DNA of 49,050 nt, counting the filler, from Streblomastix strix (Eukaryota): NCBI GenBank assembly GCA_008636045.1. It is 3 parts of 3 records of this genome, joined end to end, with 100 filler letters (N's around TTAATTAATTAA, not from the genome) between each part and the next. Parts side by side here need not be neighbours in the genome. Positions count along the whole stretch, not along the records: positions 1 to 16,291 come from SNRW01000847.1; 2 more parts are not named here. One strand, 5' to 3'. The notes beneath the pieces were generated by a model. The model worked only from the letters and a program-made list of their open reading frames with translations, did not search any database and was not told the DNA's origin. Both the position numbers and the translations under genes were made by a program. Below are positions 1 to 13,700 of the stretch, one piece after another; position 1 is the first letter of the stretch, and each line of letters begins with the position of its first letter.

Positions 1-109
1 CAATTGTTTATAATCGTTAACATATACATTAATTTATTCATTCCTTATATTAGTGTTGATAATTAATGCTTTCTGATATGTCTATTTGATTGTTTGGAGG
101 AAGATTGGC

Positions 110-211
110 TGCCGTATGCTAAAAATCGTTGATAAACAAATCAATTTGCTACACCTATTCAATTAGCGTGGGCAGATTGACCTGAAAATGAATGATTTTT
201 AACATACGGCA
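110..211 (+). repeat. Long imperfect inverted repeat / hairpin
   Basis: 110-130 pairs with 191-211 (20 of 21 pairs, one G-U). 141-150 pairs with 171-180 (10 of 10, two G-U). A short apical stem forms at 152-157/164-170. Confidence 0.75.
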
Positions 212-240
212 AACTTCTTCATACTATACTACTTATATGG

Positions 241-960
241 AGATGAATTGAAAGAGAATAAAACAATTTAAGATGAAATATCGATGTATATAACAAACTA
301 TGATAAAATGAAGATAAATAAAATATATAGAGATGAATTGAAGGAGAATAAAAATATATGAGATGAAATATGGATGAATATAACAAATTGAAATGAAGAT
401 AAATATTATATATATAAAGATGAATTAAAGGAGAATAAAACAATCTGTGATGAAAAATGAATGATTATATCAAATTAAGATGTAATGAAGATAAACAAAA
501 CATCCTGAGAATGAATATATCAAACTGAGATAAAAAAAGAAAAATAAAATATAGAGATAAATTGAAGGAGAATAAAACAATCTGAGATGAAATATCGATG
601 AATATAACAAACTGAGATGATATGAAGATGTATATAATATATTAAGATGAAAGGAAGATGAATAAAACAACCTGAGATGAAATATGGATGAATATAACAA
701 ATTCAAATGAAATGAAGATGAAATAATAAATAAAGATGAAAGGAAGATGAATAAAACAACCTGAGATGATATATGGACAAAAATAACAAACTGAGATGAA
801 ATGAAGATGAAAATAATAAATGAAGATGAATTAAAGATGTATAAAACAATGCGAGATGAAGTATGAACTAATATATCAATCTGAGATTAATTTAAGAAAT
901 GTATGAAATATTGTAATGTATTGAAGATGAATACTTAAATCTGAGTTGAAATGAAGATGA
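241..960. repeat. Degenerate 30-bp tandem repeat with 90-bp higher-order unit
   Basis: Monomers resemble AGATGAAATATGGATGAATATAACAAACTG. 241-270 matches 331-360 and 271-300 matches 361-390 better than adjacent monomers match each other. Confidence 0.85.
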
Positions 961-1148
961 AAACATTAAAATAAGAATAATTGATGAAGTAATTAATTTT
1001 ATTAGAAAAACTGATAAAAATTTAATTAATTAAAGATGAAATAAATTTAATTTATTGATAGTAAAATAAATCTACATATCTAATTTTTTCTTAAGAATTT
1101 TATTAAATAAATTAGTTTAAAATAAAAAATTATTATAATCAAAAAATG

Positions 1149-1560
1149 TCGGAAGCGAAGCGACGTGTTTTCTTGTTTTACATTTAATTATTTTTACTGA
1201 CAACAAAAATGCTTGCACAATCTGAAATAGTCAAAGTAAAATTACTTTATCGTCCTCAAAATATACCAAAGGAAATATACGTTGAACCTATTTATTGAGT
1301 AAGTGAATTATATTAACTATGAAGTGATTCCCTGTTCCATCTCCCAAGCAGTACTGTCTATGGGGTGGCTATTGTGTAAGAAAAAATTAAGAAACATTGA
1401 AAATTTGGCATCACAACAGGAGGAGCAGAAGAAAAAATAGGTAAATTGTTCATTATTTATAAAATGGTGGAAGAAAAGAACCAGCGAAAGAAACTTTCAA
1501 AAACTAATGGTATGAAAATTAGAGGTAAAAAAAAATAAATACTTTATTAAGTCAGGAATT
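1149..1560 (+). mobile_element. Possible 5' remnant of a DNA transposon (conserved 28-bp motif plus degenerate ORF start)
   Basis: 1149-1176 is 26/28 identical to the reverse complement of 36692-36719, which lies upstream of a pogo-like transposase. It is followed by a TGA-interrupted ORF (MLAQSEIVKV...LPSSTVYG). Confidence 0.4.
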
Positions 1561-1754
1561 TAATAAATCTAACGAGAGATTAAAAATTTAAACGTAAAAC
1601 ATTATTAAACAAATGTTTATACATATAAAAAAAGATAAAATTATGATAAAACTATTTAATTCGTTAAACAAAGTTGAAAGTAAATAATCAAAAAAATTTC
1701 AAATAATTGGATTGTACCACTGAACAAATAAAACAAATGTGTGACAGTTCAAAC

Positions 1755-3886
1755 TCACCAATAATACCAATCTGGTTTTGGATTGCCCCATTTTATGAAA
1801 TGGTTAAGTATTCTTCCCTAGGCTCTGTTTGCCTAACCCTTGATATCACAATATTAATGCCCTTTATTAATTAATTACGAATCTATTTCTTCATTCCCAC
1901 CTTCTCCCTCAATTTGCTCATCTGATCTATGAGCAAGAAGAGGTTGAGGTGGGAATGATGCATGTGGTGAATTTATCCCTTTATGAAGTTAATTGAGGAA
2001 TATGGAGATGTAACTCAATCCATCTTTTATCTCATCATCTTGCTCTTCACCAGAACCACTAGCAGTACTAATAGCAATAACTAACACTCTAGCATATCTA
2101 GCATTAACAAGTTCAGTCTGAGCAGATGCATCACCACAATCTTGAATATAAAATAGACATCCTCTACAGTTATACCTAACTTCTAATGTTTATTGATCAT
2201 TCTTTTAACTGAAATGGATATTGAGCTTATAACTTGCAAGTGTGCAAAGTGAATGAAGTGCGTTTGGCGTATTAAACACAACTTTACGTATATTATAATT
2301 ATGATAGATTAGTTTCTAAAGGAGATTAATAGAAGATGTGATAAGTGAAAGAGAAGAAGAAGATTCAGGCTATTATTAATTGTGTTATTCTTATGAGTCA
2401 GTTTTCTTGTTAAGTTGAGATTATGATGCTAATAAAATAAGAAGATGAGTAAGATGGATAATGATGTTATTGTCTTACTATAACATTATTCTGAATTATT
2501 AATTATCATTTGAAACTTTATCAAGAGTTTAGTATACAGCAGATTACAATTCTATCAAAGCAGGAGATTGTGGAACATTGATGCATTATTAGCAATTGAT
2601 CTCTGGAGGACAATTGAAATGAATAAACGACAATATTCTTTATTTCATAATCTTCATGATCTGATCCGGAATTCTTGTTCCATAACAATTTGGATCTTTC
2701 TCTCTAATTAAATGAATAACTCTAATTAATAATGATGATTATTTTATTTCTCTTTCTGTTTCATCATTCTCCTATTCATTCATATTTCCTTTATTATCTT
2801 CTTTTTTTAATTTATTAATTGCTTTTTTTAAATTAATTACATTCTTATTAATAGCTTTAACAGAAATATCAATCATCTTTTAACCTGATTATCTTCCTTT
2901 CATTACTTGAATATGTATTCTTATTAATTATTCAGTTTCATTTGAATATTTCTTTTATTTTTTTTCATTTTCTATTTTATCTTTTATCATCTATTCAATC
3001 TTATTAATTAGTCCAGATTTTTGAATATCAACGAAGATAGGATCATTTTCTTGATACCTCAATATTCCACATTCTGCAACTAATTCTATTATATCTAATA
3101 GAATCTTCTCTATTCCAGTTGAACAATTATGAATATATTTTTGAATTAGTTTGAATGCATATTCATTAAATATCTTTCTTAATTCATCTTAATCATTCTG
3201 TTTCAATTTATTATATATTTCTCTTATTTTAATTTCTTTCTTTTTATCATTGATTCGATTTGATTCAATGGTGGACTGAATATCATTTATTATATAACGC
3301 AACTGATCTTATTAATATTTTGTGAAAGCTATTTAAATAAAAGTATAAAAATTAATGTAAAAAGATGATTTAATATGAATATCGATTAAATTAATTAATA
3401 AAAATTTAATTATTCTATCAATTAAATAATAAATTAATTACCTTTTTATTTTCTCTCTTATTATGAAGATCCTGAATCAGAATGTGAATTGGGATTGGTA
3501 ATTGATTATAATAAATTGTCAGATTGTTGTTCGGTTTGTTCTTTTTGGCCAGGATGAATGATTTATGATTTTTATTTATCTATTGGAATCACAGATTTGA
3601 TTGGTTCTTTGTCATTTTATGTCTTCATTGAATTCATTATTTATGTAGAAGGTTCTACGGTTTATATTGGAAGATTCATCGGAATCTAACAAATTTGGTT
3701 CGACTTTTAAACTAATATTCTTTTTGGTACTTTTCAGATATGTCCATCTTTCTCAATCGTGATCCATTTTTTATTCTTCTTAATCAATCGAACTTAATCA
3801 CCTTTCTTAACAGCAATATAATTTGCATCTCCTTCAACTCCACCATAGTCAACAATAACTTCAAAGTATTATTCAGTAGTTGACAT
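1755..3886 (-). CDS. SH3-domain protein with a long alpha-helical (ARM-like) C-terminal region; one in-frame TGA, possible pseudogene
   Basis: Code 6 reads MSTTEQYFEVIVDYGGVEGDANYIAVKKGDQVRLIKKNKKWITIEKDGHI*KVPKRIL, an SH3 pattern. GT-AG intron at 3329-3441. Ends ...PKPDWYYW-TGA. Internal TGA at 3734-3736. Confidence 0.75.
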
Positions 3887-4615
3887 TGACACTCTGAATA
3901 TATAACAAGATTAAAATAAATAAATATAAATACAATGAAAATTAGTTGAATAAGAAAATAAATATAATATTCAGTTGTTTTAATATTATCAACAAGTTAT
4001 CTAAAATGGCTGTTTAATTCGCGATTTGATTAGTACAAATTAGTTAAGAAATAGTGTGAATCATTTTAAAAGTGGTGATATAATGCTGATTAAAAACTTG
4101 AAGCAGAAATGAAGTAATATCGCCAAATTATAAATTAGTTTAATGAAGTCGTTTGCCAGTCTGTGGCATTCATAAATATGCGCGAGGCATTTGTAATTCA
4201 GTGCTCATTTGACTTTAACATGCGCGAGGCAATTGTTGATGAGTTCATATTAATTTATGGATAGATTAATTCATTATACAATGAATTTTACTCTGATAAC
4301 ATTATTCAACAAGCAAACAACGGTGTAAATTGCTTTTGAAATGAATTTCTTAAAATAGATCGCGCTCTTGCGGATTAGTGAATGCCCTTACCGTTGTTTA
4401 ATTTATCACACATTGGATTGATTTTCGATTATATTTTTGATTGGTTCTATATTCTAGAATTTATTTTTTACAAAATTTAATTTTGATTCTTTGAAACCGT
4501 GATATAATAAAAATAAGTTCAATTTTATAAAATTCAATATTTATACAAAAAATTAGATTAATAAATTAATTTCTATATTAAAAAAAAATTTCAAAGAGAA
4601 TAAAATAAAAAGAAA

Positions 4616-7600
4616 TCAAGATCGCTATCCACCAACCAAACTAGGTCCATTTGTTTGATAATGGTATATCCGCGGTGGTGAAGCAGAAGTTGATGATTAA
4701 GATGAAGAAGAAACTAACGATTAATTAGACTACTAAGACAGCAAAGAAGAAGATGACGTGTTGAATGAGTTTAATCCAACTGAAGTGAATTGGTTCTACG
4801 GTTGGATCAGTAATTGGTTTGATTGTGATTGTGAATTGGAAGAAGGTAGTTTCACTATTGGTGTTGATGTTGATGTGTATTGATTATATTGGATGGATGA
4901 AGGAGATTAAGGCTAAGATGAGGATTGCAATGATGATATTCCGATTCCTTGACTTTTGCGAGAGTTGGGTTTGATACTGTATTCGTATGGGATAAAATAA
5001 TTGAGTGAAATAAATTAATTATTAATGAATAAAAATAAATTGGTGAAAATAATATTAATGAAATAAATAAAAAATTAAGATAAATTATTATAAATTTAAT
5101 TAATTAATATACCCTTAATTATTTCCAGATAAGTTTGAAGCTCCAATATATGAACTATTATTGATAAGTTGCTACTGCTGTGTATTTAATATGAATTATG
5201 TATTAGGTAAAGGGTGCTTATAAATTGGTGATTGTGAGTGAGCACGAATTTTATCATTAGTTTGATCTTGAAGTCTGTTAAATTGATGTGAAATGAGTTA
5301 TTTTTATTATTGATTGGTGTTAAATACAGTTGCAATGGATACTGAAGGATGATTGGATGATGTTGATTCATTTAAGTTTTCTTAATTGGCATTAATCTCA
5401 AATGATTCCTCATCATTTAATATAATTCCTTTGAATGGACTTGAATTATTATTATTTATTTAATTCGTTTATTGTTTTCCATATGAAACTGGAAATGCAA
5501 CTACTTTTCTTTGTAAAGGTGGAGAGGTAGAAGTTGAATGTGAGATATTATGTTATGATGAAGTAAAAGAAGATGAAAATAATGATTATTATTATTGTTA
5601 ACTATTAACTATTTTAAAACTATTATTACTTTCTGTTGGTGAAGATGAATATGGTTATGAAATTAATTGTTATTATTATGATGATATTGCTAATGATGAT
5701 GGAATTTGGTTTTGATTGTTGGAAAATGCAAATAATGAATTCTTTCCTCGATTTTATTGATCACTGGTTCCTTTACGTCCTCGATTTTCAATTAATGAAA
5801 TTCCTGTTTATTAATTTGATTATTCTCGAAATTCTTTTTATTTTGATTTTTCACCTTCTGAAATAATGAATAATCCTCCATTGTTCATTTATCCTCGACT
5901 ATTCGATCTTTCTGCTTCTCTTTCAACATCATAATCTTTTTCTCTTCTTCTTCCTCTACCAATATCTTTGTTATTAATATTAATTGGATCATTATATCGA
6001 GATTATAATTTATCTCTTTCTTATTAATAGTTATTATCGATTATTCTTTCTTTTTCTCTTTCTCGTGATTTGGATTTATTGTTTGTTTTTTGATTTTATT
6101 CCCCAATAAATTTCTTATTTTAATTTTCTTTACGATTTAAATTCTAAATTCCAAAAATCATATTCATTGGTTGATTGATCACAGAAAATTGAGATTATTA
6201 TTTAATTCCTGTTTTATTTTCATTTTCATTCAGATTAATATTATTCATATTAATATTATTCTTTTAATCATTTGATTGAATTTAAATTCCAATTCCAACT
6301 TATTTATTTACATTTGACATTTTTTATTTCTCTTTATCTTAATTAAATAATCCTTTATTTTTGTTCTTAGCTTTCCCTAATAATCGAATGTTATTATTTA
6401 TATTATTTTCTTTTATATTTTCTTTTTGATTATTATTTTCTTTCAAGTATTTATTTGCTCTTTCTGGTGATTTATTCAAATTATTATTATTTATATTATT
6501 ATTTATATTGAATGAATTATTCAGTGTTGAATTTCCAACTAATTCCTCATCATCATGATTATTATTCAATTCTACTTTTTCTTTTGATTCCGATTCTTTA
6601 TCAATTTCTTTTTCATTATATTTTTCTGTTTATTTTGATTTAAAATTTTCTTTATTTTTTATCTTTCCAATGTTTTTCAATTTATTATTATCTTTATCTT
6701 TATCATCAATAATATCTTATTTCACAAATGCATTCATTTTAGGTTTATTATTTGGTATTAGATTTGATCCAATTATAAATATGTGTTGATTATTTTCTTT
6801 TTCTTTCTCAAATTCGGTTTGTTTATCATTTTCAAAATAATTATCTTTATCAATATTCACAATTTCATTATGAATATTATTATTATTATTGTTGTTTTAA
6901 TTATCAAATGGAGAAGAACTTTATGCTATAGATGAAAATGAATGTTATTATAAAGAATATTATGTATTTGTAGGATAATTCAATCCAGGATTTTAAAATT
7001 AAGTTTATTATTATTATTATTATAAAGATTATTAAATTTGTTAATTTGGTTTTACTGTTGAATTTGGAGTTTGAATTATTTCCATTCTATTTATATTTTG
7101 ATTATTAATGTTATTAATGATGGATGGATTATTTTATTCACCTATAAGTAATATTAATTGAAAATGAAAATAAAATAATGTTATTTTTTTTAAAATTAAA
7201 TATAATAGTTAAATTAAGAAATTCATTAAAATTATAAAATAGTAATTAATAAATAAAAATAAATAATATATAATTCACCTCTATCACTCAATTTGATAAT
7301 TTGTTATTCTTCAAGCAATTCTTTATTTTATTCTTTTTATTTAATTTTTGATTAAATTAATTATAATTTTGATTATTATTATTAATCTGTTATTAAACGT
7401 GAAGATGATTATTAATTATCAGATGTAACATTTGAATTCAAACTGATATTTTCTTTTTAATATTCTTTAAATTTATTATTTTCTTTTTCAATTTCTTTAT
7501 TTTTTGAATCAAATTTCAAATCTAAATTAATATAATGAGATGAAATATTAATATCTTCAATATTATTCAAATTCGTTTATTATTCTTTTTCTTTCTTTTC

Positions 7601-10098
7601 AATATGTTCTTTTTAATTTTCTTTTTCATTCATATTTATATTTATATTTTCTTTTTATTTTTATTTTTCTTTATCTTTTGAATTATCTTTAATTCTTGTT
7701 CCAAATGCTGGAATCTCAGGAAGAATAAATCCTTATTTAATTTAAGGTCCAACATTCAATTCTTCTTTTGATCCTTCAATTTATCTTTGATTCTCATTTT
7801 CAATCTCAATCTCAATTTTCTTTAATCTTTCTCTTTCTATTAATTTTCTTCTTTCGTTTTCTTATTCAAATTCAATTTCAATTTATTTTTATTTCTATCT
7901 TTCAATTTCAATTTATTTCATTCGTTCTTTTTCTTTTTCAATTTCAACATCTCTTCCTCTTCCTTTTGCTTGTGGTCTATCATTATCTACTGGTACATTA
8001 CGACCTATTCAATTATTTGAATATATATATAAATGAAATTATAAATAATGAATAAAATAAATAAATTAATAATTTAGAAATTAATATTAATTTCATTATA
8101 GTAAATTAAAAAAAAAATTATTTTATTTATTCAACTATACTTATTGTATGCATCAGATCAGGATTAGCTTGTTCTAACCCTTCAAAGTATCTGAAATATA
8201 AATTATAATAATAATAATAAGAAGAAGAAGAAGAAAAAGATTAATATTATTAAATAGAAAAATAATCTAAGATTAAAAATATTTTAATAATATGAGAAAT
8301 TAATAAAAAATATTTTTTATTTTACATTTTGATAAATAATTATTCATACGGATGTCTGAGACATTATTCAGCAGTTAATCTGTCTGATGGATCCATCTAT
8401 TTATAATTCAAACAATAGATTAGAAAATAAATATAATTGAAAATGAAATTTTTATTAATTAATTAAAAACATATAATATAAATAATTCATTAATATAATT
8501 TAATTAATATAATATCAAACTTTAATCAGCGATTTCATGAAATGTAATGCTCTTCGTGACATCTTACCAAAATATTTTCTATCTAATGTTTCAGGTTTTA
8601 ATAATGACGATTAAGATTATTTGTTGGAATTACCTGAAATATTTTAAAATATTGAAATGTATTGAATATGAAAATACAAATAAAATTATAAGTAATATAT
8701 ATAATATTATAATATTTAATTAATAAAACTAATAAAATTTGATTATTAAAATTATATAAAATATAAATTAAATACCTGATTATTATTCAAATAAAGGAAG
8801 TTTAAACTCAGAAAAAGCTGAATTTCGAGAATAAAGTGATTTTTATTCATCTGTCAAATTTCCCATAACCTATAATATATTATTTCATTAAATTAAATTA
8901 AATAATTATATCATGATCATAATTAATAAAAAAATTAATGAATTGATAAATTTTAATTAAAATAAATTATATAAAGAATTCATCAATAATTTAAAAATCA
9001 ATCAACAAACTTTCATAATGACATTTAATTAGTCAATTTCTGATTCTCCAGGAAACATTGGTTGTCCATCAGTTAATTCACCCATTATACATCCAATTGC
9101 CCAAATATCTACACTTGTTGTATAATTAGATGTACTGAATATGAATAATAATAAAATAATGATTATAAATAATTAATAAAAAATAAACGATAAATAAAAA
9201 AATAATAATAAATAAATGATTATGAATAATGAAATATACTGTATTAATAATTATATTTATATTATTTTTATTTATTTAAATATACCTCAATAATAATTCA
9301 GGAGATCTATACCATCGAGTAGCAACATATTCTGTATAATCTCCTTTGTTACTCACAAATCGAGCAAAACCTAATAAAATAAAAAAAATATTACAAATAA
9401 TGAAATTATTATTAATTTTAATGAAGAAGTTAAATTATACCAAAATCGCAGAGTTTAAGTTCTCCATTCTTACAAACAAGTAAGTTTTCCGGTTTAATAT
9501 CTAATATTATAATTTATTAAGAAAAATAAAATATGATTAATTAATAAAAATTATTAATAAATAAAAAATATTATAATATTAAACCTCGATGAATAATTCC
9601 GTTGCGATGGCAATGATCAAGTGCTCGGCATAATTACCAAATATAGAATCTAACATCTTCTGAATCAATTCCAGATCCACTTTCTTCTAAGATTTCAAGC
9701 ATATTCTTATCGCAGAATTCAAATACTAAATAAAGACGATTACGACGTTTGAATGCCTCTATTAAGTTCACAATATTTATATGGTTCACAGTTTTCAGTA
9801 TCTTCACTTCTCTCAATGTTGTTTTTCTATCCATCTCATTCTCTGTAAATGATTTCGAGTAAACAAAAAATAATAAATAGAAAAATTATAAATCAATTGA
9901 TGATTTAATTGTTGAAGTGCAAACCGCCATCTCCTTTAAATTTCTTCACAGCTACAAGTTCTCCAGTCTCCTTGTTTCTGCATTTAAGAACAACTCCATA
10001 AGCACCTAAATTAGAAAGAAAATGTAATTTTAAACAAAAATAAAATGAAATTAGTTCATACCCTCACCCTAGATTCCAATAACTTCATATTTGTTCAT
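4616..10098 (-). CDS. CDKL5: CDKL-family (CDKL5/LF5-like) Ser/Thr kinase with long low-complexity tail, multi-exon
   Basis: Spliced product: [36 protein letters not shown]...[10 protein letters not shown]...LYLVFEF...[12 protein letters not shown]...LKLCDFGFAR...[16 protein letters not shown]...[12 protein letters not shown]...LRHPYF. Many GT-AG introns. TGA at 4616-4618. Confidence 0.92.
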
Positions 10099-10749
10099 TT
10101 TCTGTTGTATAAATTATTTTTCGATAGAATTAAAAAATATTTAAAAAAAATAAATTGAATTTTTCGCAATAAACTAAAACTATTTAAAAATTTAAATTGT
10201 ATGTTCATTATTTCTATTGAATCATAGAATTTTCAAATAACAAATAATTTATTGTGTTATAAAAAAGCATATATAATAAATATTGAGTAAAAAATAAAAT
10301 ATTATTGTTTCATAATCGAGAATTGGCAAAATTGTTAAGAAAATCTAATAAATAAAAAATATGGAGTGAGCACAATTCATTTAATAATAAATTTTTATAT
10401 AACTCTAAAATATAACATAAGAAAATAGTTGCTATACTAAATTAGTAAAATTGTCCTCAAAAAAATCAAGAATTAATATTTATATTTGAAAAAAAAGTTG
10501 AATTATTTATTATATTCGTATACTTTTTTATTATAAAATATTACTAGGTATGTCAAGGTTGACAAAAACCTTGTGTCGAGACAGACAAAGGACTTATCGA
10601 AAGACAAATATCAAGTCTCTATTTAAAATTTTTCATTATTGTATTTCATTAAAAACTATTAGTTTAAGATAAATATTAATAAAATTAATATTAATTGTGA
10701 TTAATTACAGTTAGTTGATATTATAAATATAAATTATATTCCTATTTGA

Positions 10750-13700
10750 TAATATGAGTTCAGCTAATTTCAATCATACTTTTCACAGACTCTTGAGCGA
10801 TTAGGGAACCTCATCCAACAATTATTATTCCATGATTTGTTTCATTTAAATTTTAATTGGAAAGTATATTATTTTATGCCTTTTTGGTTGAAATCATAAA
10901 AATTATTTTTTACTAAAAATTTTCTCGATAAACATTAAATATTTTGCATGAATAAATATATTTTTGTAATTCAATATCAGCATTAATATACAATTTTTTA
11001 TTTATTATTAGATGTAATACAAAAACCATCTCTCAAAATAATTTGCCAATGAGTTACACAAAATTCCAGTCATTTCTAGTATTAATATAAATTTATTATA
11101 AAATCATTATATTTATAAAATTACAATAATTGCTTTTAACTTATTTTCCTATTTAAGGAATAGCTAGTTGACTTGCAACATACGCTTCAAATTATTCAAC
11201 TTAAAATTTGCAAATATTAGCCTTTTAATTTTAAAATTTTATTTCATTCATTATTATTTGGTCATTTATTTTATTCTTACAAATTTTTACTATCGCCAAA
11301 TATATGAATTAGAATAACTTGCACAGAAATCAATACAATATAAATTAGACATCGAAATTAAAGCAAATGAATTGAGAGAAGAAGACAACTTAATGTTGTA
11401 GTCAAATTTTAAGGTTATTTATTATATATTAATTGAATTATACAAATGTTTGTTTAATTAGCGATAATTTAATATATTTATTATATTTTTTTATTCATTT
11501 TTTAACTTTTTTGTTTAATTTATTTTATATTCTTTTTCACTTTTTTTATATTTATTTGCTTTCATTTATATTTGTATTCATAATATTATACATCAGGGTG
11601 ATGAAGAAAAAATTGAATCGAGTACTGCTAAGATGAAACCATTTATTAACATGACTTTATGCAAGTTTATATTAATTATAAGAATAAATAAAAAAATGAA
11701 TTATAATTTTCTCATTTAATATTAATTATTAATTTCAATAAATATATTATTTATATTTATGTTTAATTTAATTTTTTCAGAGATCAGCAAATAACTACAA
11801 GAAAAGGAGTTGTGATTGGATCTATGCAAAAGAAATAAAGAGTATATTATTAATTTTATTTATTTATATTAATTATTAATATTTATTTTTATTTATTACT
11901 AATATTTATTTATATTTATTTATATAACAATTATTATTACTAAAGGAAATAGAATCGTAGATAATGGAATTTGTCTTAAAGAAGTTGAATATACCAGTTA
12001 TACATAGACTACCAAAGGTTGACGGTTAAGGTTTAATAATTTTAAATATGTTAACTAACAGAAAATTAAATTTATTTTAAGTAAATTTTTAATGAAAAAT
12101 CATTCAAATTAAATATTATTTATTTATATTAATTTCTTATACTTAAATATATTCTAATTCAGATCGTCTTTGTCTTGAAGGCGGATATTTCCTTCCTGCT
12201 GGTATTATTTTAGTTATTGCAGACTGATTATTAATTTATTTTATTTATTTTATTGTGTTTATCAATTAAAAGGTGATCATTGTTTCATTGGTTGTGGATT
12301 ACGTACAAATAAGAAAGCAATTGGTATTTTATATTAATTGTCGAAATTTATTAATTTACTTGATTTTAATTGTTTTTTTATCATATTATTTATTTTACTA
12401 ATGTTTAATATTATAACAGAATATATGTTGAAACACGATCTATTTGGAACAGAAAATGCCGTTGTTGTTGAAGATAGGTAAATATAATAAATTTACTTTT
12501 GAGTTGTAAATTGTTTGAATTAAAATGTTTTTTTATTTATTTATTGCACTTTAAACTATTTATTATATTCATTCTCTTTATACATATTTAATTAATATAA
12601 CTGATTGTCATATGGATCGAAAGCACTTGGATACAGTCTTCAATATCGCCGATGAAAAAGTATGATTCTTTTTCAATAAATAAATTAATATATTTAAATT
12701 AAAGATCTCAATTTAGAAAATTAATAATTATTCTAATTATTTATTATTAATAATTTTTTTGTATATATTTTATCAGATTTGTATTCTAAGCGATGATATT
12801 TCAGGTACAAAAGCAATCCCCCAAAGAAAACGAATAGTGACTGAATTTAAAAGAATTACATAAAAAGAAAAAGATAAGAAAAAGTTGATTTTGAAAAATA
12901 AATAAAAAGACAATCAAAAAGAGTTATAAAAATATGGCGAATAATCTCGCGAAAATGCCGATGATAAAAATGATAAAAAAAATGAATATAAAAAAGAAGA
13001 TGAAAAGGAGAAGCATAAATATTTAGGAAAAGCGAAAGAGAAAGAAAAATAAAAGAAGAAAATCTTTAAGAATTATTATGTGGGTGCAAAAGATATTGAA
13101 TTTGAGTAAGTAATTTTATTTTCTAATATTTTAATTTTATTTTTATTTAAATTGATGAAATATTTATTATTTTGCTATTATATTTATTTTTAATTATAAA
13201 GCTAATACTTAACAAATAATTTGCAGTATGCAATTATCCCAATTTTTGTTGAAGTACAATTGAAATTGAGTTTGAAAATTAAATTTAAATATTTAATATT
13301 AAATTATTATTATTATATTTAAATATGAATTTAATATTAAACTCATTTAATTATTTTCATCACATTAATTTATTTTCATCACATTAATTTATTATCCTAC
13401 TGGTTTATGCATTATTCAGATTACAACCTTCTTTCTCTTGGAAGAGGCCGCGTTGTTTGTACACATGAGGATACTGCGAGGCTTCTTGTGAATGAAGAAA
13501 AATTCAAAGGTGTGCAAATATTATATTTTAGTATAATTTTAATAAGTGAGTATTTATATATAAATTTTTTTTGTTGTATCAAATATTTTTATTTAATTTC
13601 GTTTTGTACAGGTCAAATATATCTCATATCATTCGATGAAATCATTGCGATGAATGGAGTATAGTAATAACCTAAAAATTAATCAATATTTTTAATAATT

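Noticed and set aside
241..960. CRISPR array
   Set aside because: The units are contiguous degenerate monomers with no unique spacers, there are no cas genes, and the context is eukaryotic.
13351..13393. 20-bp tandem duplication TTATTTTCATCACATTAATT
   Set aside because: A simple slippage duplication within an intron of a decayed gene.
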